A stretch of DNA of 58,700 bases, counting the filler, from Callorhinchus milii (taxonomy: Eukaryota): NCBI RefSeq assembly GCF_018977255.1. It is 2 parts of 2 records of this genome, joined end to end, with 100 filler letters (N's around TTAATTAATTAA, not from the genome) between each part and the next. Parts side by side here need not be neighbours in the genome. Positions count along the whole stretch, not along the records: positions 1 to 29,324 come from NW_024705653.1; positions 29,425 to 58,700 come from NW_024705654.1. One strand, 5' to 3'. Every line of letters begins with the position of its first letter. Positions within the stretch are counted from its first letter, which is position 1. Positions 23,644 to 35,364 of the stretch are shown here, piece after piece. A model generated the notes under the pieces. It worked only from the letters and a program-made list of their open reading frames with translations, did not search any database and was not told the DNA's origin. The translations under genes were made by a program, and so were the position numbers.

Positions 23644-25536
23644 CGGCCTTTCACTGGAAAAACCACCTCTGCAGTACTAAATTCTACTGACCTGGTATCG
23701 ACAATCAAGGGGATTGCCCTGTCCCAGACGACCTGCTTGTCAGTTTTGATGTGGTTTCCTTGTTCACCAAGGTGCCTGTGCCTGACACCATCGCAATCAT
23801 TGAAGACTTGGTTCATCAAGGACTGAATGCTGGGGTACCCCCCCTGGTGAGACACTGCTTAACCAATACATACTTCACCTGGAATGGAACCTTCTACAAG
23901 CAAATTGAGGGCACCCCAATGGGCTCCCCCCTATCTCCGGTTGTAGCCAACATCTTCATGGAGAAATTTGAGACGGACGCCATCCAGACTGCCACTCTAC
24001 GCCCGACCTTATGGAAGAGGTACGTAGACGACACTTTTGTCATCTGGCCACATGGCCGGCCTGCTCTAGACCAATTTCTCGACCACATCAATTCCATACA
24101 CCCAGCCATCAGATTCACCATGGAAGTCGAAAATGATGGCAAGCTACCCTTTTTGGATGTCCTAATCAAAAGGAGACCTGATGGTTCAATGAGCCACTCT
24201 GTCTACAGGAAAGCCACCCACACGGATGCTTATCTAAAACCGGATTCCCACCACCATCCATCCCAGAAGAATTCCCTCATCAAGACTCTATATCATAGAG
24301 CCCAATGCATCTCCGACCATGAACACATTTCCAGTGAACTCAAACACGTACGCCAAGCTCTTAAGGCTAATGTTACTCCGACTACACAATCCGCAAAGCC
24401 ATCACTCCAACCATCAAGAAGGATCCTGTTCAGGAGCCTTTCAAGACCATCACCTTACCCTACATTGCTGGGGTCACAAAAAAGATCTCCAAAATCCTGA
24501 TTAAACACAAGATCCAGGTCCGATTCAACACAGTACATAAAATCCGTGATCTGGTCCCGTCTGTAAAATATGTGGTTCCAGACATACAGTACCCTGGCGT
24601 CTACAAACTAAGTTGCCTCTGTGGTAGAGTTACATTGGAGAAACCAAACGACATGTCTCGGACCGCATCCGTGAACATAAGGCAGACCTGAAACACGGTA
24701 GGACAAACACCTCAGCCGTGGCAGATCACTGTTACAATTCAGTGGGCTCACATGACATTGACTTCTCCAAGACAGAGGTTCTCTGCAAGCCATCTGGCTA
24801 TCATGAGAGATTCGTTCATGAGGCGATCCACATATACAAACACAGAGACAATTTCAACCGAGAAGATGGATTCTGGCTTAGCAATCATTGGAAGGACGTA
24901 ATAAACCATTTCGGATCTTAACTGATTGTGTTCACGTTTACGGTGACTTTCAGACCGCGTTCCACTCACTGGCATGGTGCAGTGTGCAGAGTAATGTATG
25001 GTGTCGTAATTGTATAGTAAACATATAGCAGTGTGATACACATTAGGGTGGGTAGAATAATACATAGTGTTATATTAAAATGGATAAGGCAGCAACTGCA
25101 GCAGCAGCAAGTGCAGCAGCAGCAGCAGCAAGTGCAGCAGCAGCAGCAAGTGCAGCAGCAGCAGCAACTGCAGCAGCAGCAGAAACTGCAGCAGCAGCAG
25201 TAATTTCAGCAGCAACAGTAACTGCAGCTCCCTTTGATGCTGTTAATCCTGCATAATGCACATGCATATGCAGGACTAATCACATTCCTGCATTTCCCAT
25301 AAATATGCTAAATTCCTTTTGATATGCAAATTCCTTTGTCAATGCGCCCAGCTTATATATATGCTCCAAGCTCGTGTGCTGTTTCATTCAGACTCTGTCG
25401 CCTCGACGGACCTGGTTTTCACCTGAGGACGGCTGCTTGCGTTGTGGCCGAAACGTCGTGAGAATTGTTTTATTATGTTTTATTTTTATTATTTTATTAC
25501 TTCCCTTCTACGTGACTTTACCGAAAGAACCAAGAA
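23644..25536 (+). mobile_element. Penelope-like element, right arm of palindrome
   Basis: Near-identical inverted copy of ~21561-23454 with a few small indels; includes the (GCA)n 3'UTR tract. Confidence 0.95.
25416..25464 (+). ncRNA. Minimal hammerhead ribozyme in Penelope 3' region
   Basis: ttttcac CTGAGGA c ggctgc..gtggcc GAAAC GTC gtgagaa. Confidence 0.8.
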
Positions 25537-26025
25537 AACGGCAGAGGTATTGGTCCTACCGTGTTTTATATCTGCCATGTGTTCACGAACACGGTCTGAG
25601 ACATGTCGTTTCGTTTCCCCAATGTAACTCCTGGATCTTGTGTTTAATATTTTGGAAATATTTTTGGTAACCCCTGCTATGTACGGTAAAGTGATGGTTT
25701 TGGTTGGATCCCCGAAGATTGTCTCCCCATGGTTGGGGAGGCAGCTTTGCGGACTGTACGGTCTGAGTATCCGTTCATCCTGAGGGCTTGGTGTTCCAAC
25801 TGACTAGCGAGGTGGTGCTGGTCGGAGATGCAATGGGCCCTATGTTGAAGTGTTTTGATGAGGGAATTATTCTGGGCTGGATGGCGGTGGGAGTCAGGCT
25901 TTAGATAGGTATCTGTGTGGGTGGCTTTCCTGTAGACCGAATGTCCCAACGAGCCACTAGGTCTCTTCTCGATCAAAACATCCAGGAATGGTAGCTTGCC
26001 ATCCTTTTCCACTTTCATGGTAAAT
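25537..26025 (-). mobile_element. Older Penelope-like element, 5' part (RT C-terminus)
   Basis: FTMKVEKDGKLPFLDVLIEKRPSGSLGHSVYRKATHTDTYLKPDSHRHP. Confidence 0.88.
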
Positions 26026-26134
26026 GTATTATACCTGTTCATGCGCCAGTTGTAGGCACTGCTACATCTATCTTTACTGTCACATACACTTGACTTCTCC
26101 CTGCTCTCATCTATTCTGCACCTCACCTATCCAG

Positions 26135-26410
26135 CCCTCAGCAACTCTGCCCACAGCAACACTGCGCTCAGCGACTCTGCACACAGTAACTACACACTCA
26201 GCGACTCTGCACTCAGGAACTCTGCACACAGCAACACTACACTCAGCGACTCTGCACACAGCAACTCTGCACACAGCAACACTGCGCTCAGCGACTCTGC
26301 ACACAGTGACTACACACTCAGCGACTCTGCACTCAGAAACTCTGCACACAGCAACACTACACTCAGCGACTTTGCACACAGTGACTACACACTCAGCGAC
26401 TTTTAAAACT
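26135..26410. repeat. 15-bp-based minisatellite (cagcgactctgcaca variants)
   Basis: Directly visible tandem variants. Confidence 0.9.
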
Positions 26411-26535
26411 CTGCATCTCTACCGCTGCCCTCACCTACGTTGTCTCAAACCTGCTCACCCATCTGTCCCGGGCGGGGGGTTTAGCCAACACCCACCCAGC
26501 GACGGTGTGAGGGTTGCGCTTCAGTAATCTCCCAT

Positions 26536-27204
26536 GGGAGATGAATGTGACATTGACTTCTACGGGAGATGAATGTGACATTGACTCCTACGGGAGATGA
26601 ATGTGACATTGACTCCTACGGGAGATGAATGTGACATTGACTCCTACGGGAGATGAATGTGACATTGACTCCTACGGGAGATGAATGTGACATTGACTCC
26701 TATGGGAGATGAATGTGACATTGACTCCTACGGGAGATGAATGTGACATTGATTCCTACGGGGGATGAATGTGACATGACTCCTACGGGAGATGAATGTG
26801 ACATTGACTCCTACGGGAGATGAATGTGACATTGACTCCTACGGGAGATGAATGTGACATTGACTCCTAAGGGAGATGAATGTGCCATTGATTCCTACGG
26901 GAGATGAATGTGCCATTGATTCCTACGGGGGATGAATGTGACATTGACTCCTACGGGAGATGAATGTGACATTGACTCCTACGGGAGATGAATGTGACAT
27001 TGACTCCTACGGGAGATGAATGTGACATTGACTCCTACGGGAGATGAATGTGACATTGACTCCTACGGGAGATGAATGTAACATTGACTCCTACGGGAGA
27101 TGAATGTGACATTGACTCCTACGGGAGATGAATGTGACATTGACTCCTACGGGAGATGAATGTGACATTGACTCCTACGGGAGATGAATGTGACATTGAC
27201 TCAC
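26536..27204. repeat. 28-bp minisatellite (gggagatgaatgtgacattgactcctac) x ~24
   Basis: Directly visible; runs up to the exon 1 splice donor. Confidence 0.97.
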
Positions 27205-27224
27205 AGCAGGAGAAGCGTCGCCAT
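27205..27224 (-). CDS. fgf8/17/18: FGF8/17/18-family gene, coding exon 1 (start codon)
   Basis: gcaccATGG Kozak context; ATG GCG ACG CTT CTC CTG CT|gtgagt ends in phase 2 like FGF8 exon 1A and joins exon 2 into the signal peptide MATLLLLCWLSLALYPQVQ. Confidence 0.75.
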
Positions 27225-27259
27225 GGTGCAGGATCCGCGCCGACGAGTTGACCTCTGAA

Positions 27260-27345
27260 CCCGGGGCGGAGGGGGGGTCACGTGCAGGATGATTGTGGGG
27301 GGGTCACGGCATCACCCTGGTCAATAGAAGGTGACGTCAAGTTAC
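27260..27345. promoter_or_regulatory. Putative proximal regulatory cluster upstream of the FGF ATG
   Basis: GC box ggggcgga (27263-27270), E-box cacgtg (27279-27284) and CRE tgacgtca (27332-27339) in a short unique island between repeats. Confidence 0.35.
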
Positions 27346-27412
27346 GTGAAAATGAAGTTCACCTTCAATCCTTCCTGCTGGCTTGCAAACAACAGCCGCC
27401 ATTCGCAAACAA

Positions 27413-28515
27413 TGAGTCTGTGGGTCTCTGTGTGAGTCTGTGGGTCTCTGTGTGGTGAGTCTGTGGGTCTCTGTGTGGTGAGTCTGTGGGTCTCTGTGTG
27501 AGTCTGTGGGTCTCTGTGTGGTGAGTCTGTGGGTCTCTGTGTGAGTCTGTGGGTCTCTGTGTGGTGAGTCTGTGGGTCTCTGTGTGATGAGTCTATGGGT
27601 CTCTGTGTGAGTCTGTGGGTCTCTGTGTAATGAGTCTGTGGGTGTCTGTGTGAGTCTGTGGGTCTCTGTGTAATGAGTCTATGGGTCTCTGTGTGGTGAG
27701 TCTGTGGGTCTCTGTGTGGTGAGTCTGTGGGTCTCTGTGTGATGAGTCTGTGGGTGTCTGTGTGGTGAGTCTGTGGGTCTCTGTGTGAGTCTGTGGGTCT
27801 CTGTGTGGTGAGTCTGTGGGTCTCTGTGTGAGTCTGTGGGTCTCTGTGTGGTGAGTCTGTGGGTCTCTGTGTGAGTCTGTGGGTCTCTGTGTGGTGAGTC
27901 TGTGGGTCTCTGTGTGATGAGTCTATGGGTCTCTGTGTGAGTCTGTGGGTCTCTGTGTAATGAGTCTGTGGGTGTCTGTGTGAGTCTGTGGGTCTCTGTG
28001 TGATGAGTCTGTGGGTGTCTGTGTGGTGAGTCTGTGGGTCTCTGTGTGGTGAGTCTGTGGGTCTCTGTGTGGTGAGTCTGTAGGTCTCTGTGTGATGAGT
28101 CTATGGGTCTCTGTGGGTCTCTGTGTGATGAGTCTGTGGGTGTCTGTGTGGTGAGTCTATGGGTCTCTGTGGTGAGTCTGTGGGTCTCTGTGTGGTGAGT
28201 CTATGGGTCTCTGTGTGGTGAGTCTGTGGGTCTCTGTGTGGTGAGTCTGTGGGTCTCTGTGTGGTGAGTCTATGGGTCTCTGTGTGGTGAGTCTATGGGT
28301 CTCTGTGTGGTGAGTCTATGGGTCTCTGTGTGGTGAGTCTATGGGTCTCTGTGTGGTGAGTCTATGGGTCTCTGTGTGGTGAGTCTATGGGTCTCTGTGT
28401 GGTGAGTCTGTGGGTCTCTGTGTGGTGAGTCTGTGGATCTCTGTGTGGTGAGTCTATGGGTCTCTGTGTGATGAGTCTATGGGTCTCTATGGTGAGTCTA
28501 TGGGTCTCTGTGTGA
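27413..28515 (-). repeat. 23-bp satellite array upstream of the FGF ATG
   Basis: Same unit as the other arrays. Confidence 0.97.
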
Positions 28516-28594
28516 CCCACCGGTGCAACGCCCCACAGATGTCCAGGGGGGTCTTGAGGGTCTTGCTTCTCTGTCGTGTCAACGCCGCCCTGGG

Positions 28595-29324
28595 GGGTGG
28601 TGGTGGTTGTGGAGGTGGTTGTGGAGGTAGTGGTGGTTGTGGAGGTGGTGGTTGTGGTGGTGGAGGTGGTGGAGGTGGTGGTTGTGGAGGTGATGGTGGA
28701 GATTGTGGAGGTGGTGGAGGTGGTGATGATGGTGGTGGTGGTGGCGGAGGTGATGGTGGTGATGGTGGTGGTGGTTGTGGAGGTGGTGGTGGTTGTGGAG
28801 ATGGTGGTGGAGGTGCTGGTGGTGGTTGTGGAGGTGGTGATGATGATGGTGGTGGAGGTGGTGGAGGTGGTTTGTGGTGGTGGTTGTGGTGGTGATGATG
28901 ATGGTGGTGGTGGAGGTGGTGGTGGTGATGATGATGGTGGTGGTGGTAGTGGAGGTGGTGGTGGAGGTGGTGGTGGTTGTGGAGGTGGTGGTGATGGTGG
29001 TGGAGGTGGTGGTGATGGTGGTGGAGGTGGTGGTTGTGGTGGTGGTTGTGGTGGTAGTGGAGGTGGTGATGGTGGTGGTGGCGGAGGTGGTTGTGGAGGT
29101 GGTGGTGGTTGTGGTGGTGGAGGTGGTAGTGGAGGTGGTGGTGGAGGTGGTAGTGGAGGTGGTGGTGGTTGTGGAGATGGTGGTGATGGTGGAGGTGGTG
29201 GTTGTGGTGGTGGTAGTGGAGGTGGTGATGGTGGTGGTGGCAGAGGTGGTGGTAGTTGTGGAGGTGGTGGTGGTGTGGTTGTGGGGTGGTGGGTTGTGGA
29301 GGTGGTGGTAGTGGAGGTGGTTGT
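28595..29324. repeat. (GGT/GGA/GAT)n low-complexity tract
   Basis: Directly visible. Confidence 0.95.
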
Positions 29325-29424
29325 NNNNNNNNNNNNNNNNNNNNNNNNNNNNNNNNNNNNNNNNNNNNTTAATTAATTAANNNNNNNNNNNNNNNNNNNN
29401 NNNNNNNNNNNNNNNNNNNNNNNN
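29325..29424. other. Artificial contig-joining linker N44-TTAATTAATTAA-N44
   Basis: Exactly 100 nt with a palindromic six-frame stop cassette at 29369-29380. Confidence 0.95.
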
Positions 29425-31150
29425 AGGAAAAGAGCGCCCTACCAGGACCCTGGAGCGGTTTGTATGCCCGGTTGTGTGTAGAAAACGGGGTGGTGAGGGA
29501 ACTGGCCGATGCTGGGCAGCCGGGGTGCATCTGCGTTCCCGCCCATGTGCGACCCCAACTACTACGACTGGTACACGACCACCCGCTCGGGGGCCATGAT
29601 GGGGGAACGGCGCACCCGGGAGACTCTGCGTCGCCAGTATCTCTGGCCCAAATTGGCGCAGATGTGGCCGCCTGGGTGCAGGGCTGCCGGGCCTGTCAGC
29701 AGTGTGGGCAAAAGCCGGCGAGGTACCAGGTACCCCTGAGGCCGTCCGAGTCAGTCGGACGAATCAGTTGGTCGGAATCGACCTGCAGGGCCCTTTCCAC
29801 GATCCCACCGGGGCAACCGATATATTCTCGTAGCGGTGGAGTACTTCACCCGCTACCCCGTGGCGGTGGCTATCCCGGATAAAACAGCCCTCGTAGTGGC
29901 CCGGGCCTTCGTGGAAAACTACGTACTTAAGTGCGGGATCCCCGAACGAGTCATTACCGACCAGGGTAGTGAATTCGAGGCCGAACTATTTCAGGCGCTG
30001 TGCCGAGAGTTCGGGATCCAGAAGGACCGAACCACGGCGTATCACGCCCAGGCGAACGGGATGGTAGAGAGGATGAACCAGACTCTGGCCGGGAAGCTTA
30101 AACGCATGGCGGCCGCGAATCAACAGGACTGGGACGAACACCTTCCCTATGCCCTGTTCGCCTACACCACCGCCGTTCACACCTCTACAGGACAGACCCC
30201 GTTCCTAATGATGTTTGGTCGCGAGTCTCGCCTGCCCGCAGATCTGCTGTTCGATGTCCCTCCGCCGCAACGGGAGGAAGGGAGCCACCCCGTGGAGCAC
30301 TTGCTGGAGATCCTGCGAGGGGCCAGGGGCCGAGCCTACCCGCACGGAGAGGCCGCGCACCAGCGGCAAGAGCAGGGCGCCCGACCCCATATGGAGCCCC
30401 TTTCTACACTGCTGGCTCGAGGTGTGGCTGTACACTCCCCGCGTCGGTGCCGGACAGGTGGGAAAGCTGACCACCTACTGGCGAGGACCCTGGATTGTGA
30501 GACGGCAGATCTCACCATGGACGGTGCTGATTCAGGGAGGAGAGAGGGGCCGGGAGATGGTGGTCAACATCCGCCGACTGAAGCCGTGGCGAGCAGCCCC
30601 GAGGGGGGGAGCCCCGCCGTCCAAGTACCCCGAAACCCCGGGGTCCCCCCACCCCCGTGCCCGGGGGCCTCGCGCAGTACATGGGCCCCACGGAGCCCCG
30701 GGCTCCGAGGGGCCCCGGGCGGGGCGGGGCGCGACGTGGACGGCGACCCTTAAACCCCACCGCCTCTGAGTTTGTTCCCCAGCCCGCAGGTGCCAGAGGC
30801 CGAGGGGAGCCGTTGGAATGGAGGAGGAGACCACCGCCGGAGCCCCAGGAGACGGAGCCGCCACCCCCGAGGCCAGCCACAAGGGCCGGGCGAATCCCGC
30901 GACCCCGCGGCGATACCTCGTGGGGGCAACCCAGGCGAGGTGCTCCAGTCAACCCGGGACGGGGACTGGCACCCCGGGGGCTATGTGGTGCCACAACGAC
31001 GGGGCCGCTCTGCCGAGCCAGGGAGCCGCCCGGCTTCCACCACTGCACTGCCCCCCATCACCCCCCACATAAGCACGCACCCGCACCCACGTAGGGCCTT
31101 GTGGTCGGGTCACCTACCCTGAGTTTCACCCGAGGGCCCCCTCGGGGGGG
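29425..31150 (+). mobile_element. Ty3/Gypsy pol 3' part (integrase), frameshifted
   Basis: HDHPLGGH...CRACQQ zinc motif, EYFTRYPVAVAIPDKTA, VITDQGSEF, TTAYHAQANGMVERMNQTL, GKLTTYWRGPW; G-run PPT-like stretch at ~31144-31150. Confidence 0.92.
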
Positions 31151-32502
31151 TTACCCCACGTTTCTCAGGGCCAGGGAATTGGACAGGACCCTTCCCAGGC
31201 TAAGTAACACTGCGGCGCCGTGGGCGGATTTGAGATCGCACGACCACGGCGAGCTCAGAGAGCCCCGCAGTTAGAAACGCATACAAACACAAACACGGGT
31301 CAGCAAGGCAGATAGCTAGGATCAGGACCCGGGGCTGCTGCTTAGCCAAAAGGTTAAAGGCCGGCGGGATTGCAAAAGGGCGGGAAATCCTAGGCTCAGG
31401 ATTGGTCGAGAGACCAAGGCGGTCGGGACGGGGGCGCCTAGCCTTTGATGTGGATAGTTTAAAAGAAACGCAGGGGCAGTAGGGGACTCTCTTCTTCTGG
31501 AGTAGTGACACGGGGTCAACGACGAGGGAGTCATCGGGCGAGCCGCAGGATCGTCTGCAGGACGACCTGAGCGCCGCAAGGTCACCTAGGACTACAGACG
31601 GTATCGTATTACGCGCCTTACAACACCTCAGAGCGGAGAGTAGGATCCGTAGGAGAAGGTTAGTTCGGGGTAAGGACGAGTAGGAAAACGGTGTAACAGA
31701 AAGCGCAGCATAGAATAGGGCTGCACGCCACTAGAGAGTGGGTTGGAAGCGCCTTGCTGGCTCGTACACACACGGGTGGCTCGGTGGGTTAACAAGGTTA
31801 ATACAATCTCGAGCGTAGTAACAAAACCGTGTTGTTGGGTGTTTTTGAACGTGGTATTAGCGTGCACTGCATTCGCGGGTGTGTGGTCGTTGTATGCGTA
31901 AAGGCCGTGGTCTCCGTACAATGGTACGGGTACGGAGGTGTGTGTGTTAACGCCAGGGGAGAGCACTTTTGTGTGTCGGCGTGTGCCCGCTTGCGTGTGC
32001 TCGTTACGTGTGTAAAGTGCGGCGCGGTGGTGAGTTCCTGACCCCCAGCCCCGCGGCTCGAGCGCGTAATCGGCTGCGCATTGTTGTACGGTTTATCTCG
32101 CGCGCACGCGGCGGCAACTTGAGTCGTTGTGTCGGCGTGTGCCCCGCTTGCGTGTGCTCGTTACGTGTTATAAGTATGAACGCGTGTGGTACGGTGTATG
32201 CGTAAGCTCTCGTCGTGCGAAATCGGCGTACCCCAGGTGCGCGATCGTAGCGTGAGCGGCCAGCGCGGCGCAGAGCGGCGCAAGAGTGAGTGCCGTGCAG
32301 GGCTGTGTGTGTGGGTGTGCGCGTACGTAATTAACCATGCCTGCTACGCGGACCCGCGGTGGAGGGGAATCCTCGGGCGACGGCTCCCACACCATGGGTG
32401 AGGAACTTAGCAGCGGTTCGCTTAGCAGCGGGGGGCGATTGATGATGCTAGCCCGGCCGTTAGCATTATTGAGGAGGGATCTCGGGGGCTAGCGACCCCC
32501 AC
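31151..32502 (+). mobile_element. Probable 3' LTR of the Gypsy element
   Basis: Follows the PPT-like G run, non-coding, has a ~40-bp internal direct repeat (~31972 and ~32128) and ends cccccACA; boundaries approximate. Confidence 0.45.
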
Positions 32503-33004
32503 AACTCCGCTTAAAAGCATTCAACTTTACACTCTTTAATAGTTGCAAATTCAAATCGGGTTTGGGAGTGAGCTAAGCCCATCGTTCACATGAATCCTAT
32601 CGTTGGAAGTCAACAGTGACTGCCCTGTGGAGAGACTCTCCCGTATCGTGGCAATGTGCAAGTGATTCGTCAACATGATGGATATCATCCCTAAATGTAT
32701 CCATCAAATGCACTGTCTCCTAAGTTGTTGGAGTGCATATATGCCGCCACCCACACCCGGCTCGTTCCAGATTGTGAGCACGTTTCAAAATGTGCGATCT
32801 CAGTTCTGACAATGAGACGCAATGTTTTACTTGCATGGCACAGCCTCTTCAGTAGCACCCTTTACAGATATGAGCATCGGTGACTCTACTCTGCAGGTTT
32901 AGAACTCATTGTTTTGTGTTTAGTTTGTTGTCCTTCCCCCGCACATCTGATTAGCGCGGTTGGCTACGTACAGCGCAAAAGAAGTTCAACATACCAAACG
33001 AAAA

Positions 33005-33260
33005 ATAAAGATCCCCCGTATAGCTCTAACAGACTTTTGGGCCAAGTGCTGTTAGCGAGCACCTATGAAGGCGAGAACGGCACACGAGCGGGTGGTGGCC
33101 ACGCCCATCCGCCTTGTCTCCCGAGTAGCGATGTTTACACACCACACCAGGTACTCATTTTAGGCTGAGTCGACCTAGCGGGGGCCCAGGACTGGTTTCA
33201 GATAATCGTCGCTGATGTTGGCCGTAGCGCAGCGTGCTAACCGCGACACTTCCGCTCCCC
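33005..33260 (-). mobile_element. tRNA-derived SINE, diverged copy lacking the B-box region
   Basis: Aligns by eye to 16668-16960 (caagtgctgttagcgagcacctatgaaggc...ggctgagtcgacctag). Confidence 0.85.
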
Positions 33261-33299
33261 TAGTTCGACACACTAACACGTGTTTAGCACGTCGGCTGT

Positions 33300-35060
33300 C
33301 GCGACCAATGTCATCCCGAATAGAGCAATACCTGATCAAACCAAGGCATCGAAACCACCAAGACTTATGGGCTACCAAAAATTCACAAACCTGATGTCTC
33401 ATTAAGACCCATAGTTAGTACAATAGGCTCTGCCACGTACAAATTAGCACAATACGTAACGAAACAAATACAGACCTACATCGATAGGACCTCTTCGTTC
33501 ATCAAAAACTCTGAACATCTCGTAAATATAATCAAAGATATTAAGCTTAACCCTAATGATATTCTCGTAAGTTTTGATGTGACTTCTCTGTTCACGAGGG
33601 TTCCGGTCAACAGGTTAATTAAATTACTCGACACTGGTAACGAACAAACGTTTAGCCAAAGATATCCGAAGACTAGCTGAACACTGTCTAAAGAACACCT
33701 ATTTCTTGTGGCAAGGTGACTTCTATAAACAAAAAGAAGGAGCAGCAATGGGCTCTCCTTTGTCTCCTGTGATAGCGAATTTGTACATGGAAGATTTAGA
33801 AACAACAGCAATAGCTTCAAGCATACTCAAACCATCTGCTTGGTTTAGATATGTGGATGAAACATTGGTGGTCTGGCCACACGGCAAAGATACACTGAAC
33901 GCATTTCTAAATCATCTTAACTCGTAAAACCCATCCATCCAGTTCACCATGGAAGTGGAAGCTGACAGAACTCACCATTTCTGGATATTCTGCTCGGACG
34001 GGGTCGAAATGGTAAAACAACACACAGTGTTTACCGAAAGAAAACGCATACAGACGCATATCTGAATGCAGTCACACCATCACCCCGCACAGAAATCTGC
34101 TCTTATCAAGATGCTCATCCGTCGAGCTAAGAAAGTGTCAGATGGTGACAGTCTGAGAAGTGAAATTGAACATGTAAAAAAAGCGTTGCAAATGAACGGT
34201 TACAGTGATGCACAAATCAACAGGGCATTGAAAGCCAAAACCAAATAAAATAACACGAGCATTGAAACTGCCCAAGTCATTAAAACGATCAAAATACCGC
34301 ACATTGCGGGAGTAGTTGATAAACTAGCCAGATGTTTGGAAAAACAAAACATCCAAGTCAGATTTGGCACGGTACATAAAATACAGAAATTAATATCTGG
34401 TACAAAATATGTATTCCTGAAGCTATAAACAGAAAGTGTGTACAAGATAACTGCACGTGTGGAAATGTTACGTTGGGCAAACAGGACGAATGATCAGCAC
34501 GAGACTAAAATAACATCAGATAAATATTCTATTCTCCACAATACAAATGTCAGCAGTAGCAGAACACGCGTGCCAACAAAGACACTCAATTGATTTTGAT
34601 AATGTTGAAGTTCTGTGCAAAACTAGCTGCTACTGGCCAAGACTAATTAGAGAATATATCGAAATTTAAAGAAATAAAAATAAGTTAACCGTTCGGATAG
34701 CTACCGCCTAGTGCTGCGTGGAAGAAATAATCAAATAATACATTATTTAAATGCATGCCTACAAAGGGCAGCATACTTCAATAGGGATTACTGTTGGTAC
34801 GGCTATTTTAATACACACAATAGACGGGAAGGACAAATTCAAAGGGCTCGCATAATGCGCATGCATCATTACGTGCTCGTATCCACCACATGGCAAAGTG
34901 CAGAAGCGTGGTCACCACATCTCCACCTCTATATAAGGAACGAAACAGTAAGACTTCTCCACAAATCTGGCTGTCGCCTGATGAAGCTAGTTGTAATTAC
35001 TGGCAAAACGTCGTACTCAGATTGTAAATGTTGTGGCTTGGCTCTCCAACACAGCGGTTA
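33300..35060 (+). mobile_element. Decayed Penelope-like element (different family) with degenerate hammerhead at ~34973-35017
   Basis: GLPKIHKPDVSLRPIVS, LVSFDVTSLFT, GAAMGSPLSPVIANLYME, RYVDET, VYKIT..YVGQTGR; ctgatga agctagt..actggc aaaacgtc. Confidence 0.88.
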
Positions 35061-35364
35061 GTGCTGTACTAGTATACTACACTATACACTACACTATACA
35101 CTAGTGCTGTACTAGTATACTACACTATACACTACACTATACACTACACTATAACTACACTATACACTACACTATACACTACACTATACACTACACTAGT
35201 GCTGTACTAGTATACTACACTATACACTACACTATACACTAGTGCTTACTAGTATACTACACTATACACTACACTATACACTAGTGCTGTACTAGTATAC
35301 TACACTATACACTACACTATACACTACACTATACACTACACTGTACACTAGTGCTGTACTAGTG
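35060..35364. repeat. (actacactatac)n 12-bp repeat with interspersed actagtgctgtactagt units
   Basis: Directly visible. Confidence 0.92.

Noticed and set aside
22173..23855. 560-aa ORF as a full-length Penelope protein
   Set aside because: Its first ~70 residues are antisense read-through from the opposite palindrome arm; the element is 5'-truncated.
26536..27204. 28-bp repeats as a CRISPR array
   Set aside because: Head-to-tail units without unique spacers, no cas genes, eukaryotic context.
28479..29376. Gly-rich and Val-rich ORFs (also 35923-36588, 37309-38558)
   Set aside because: Translations of (GGT)n microsatellites without convincing splice or domain context.
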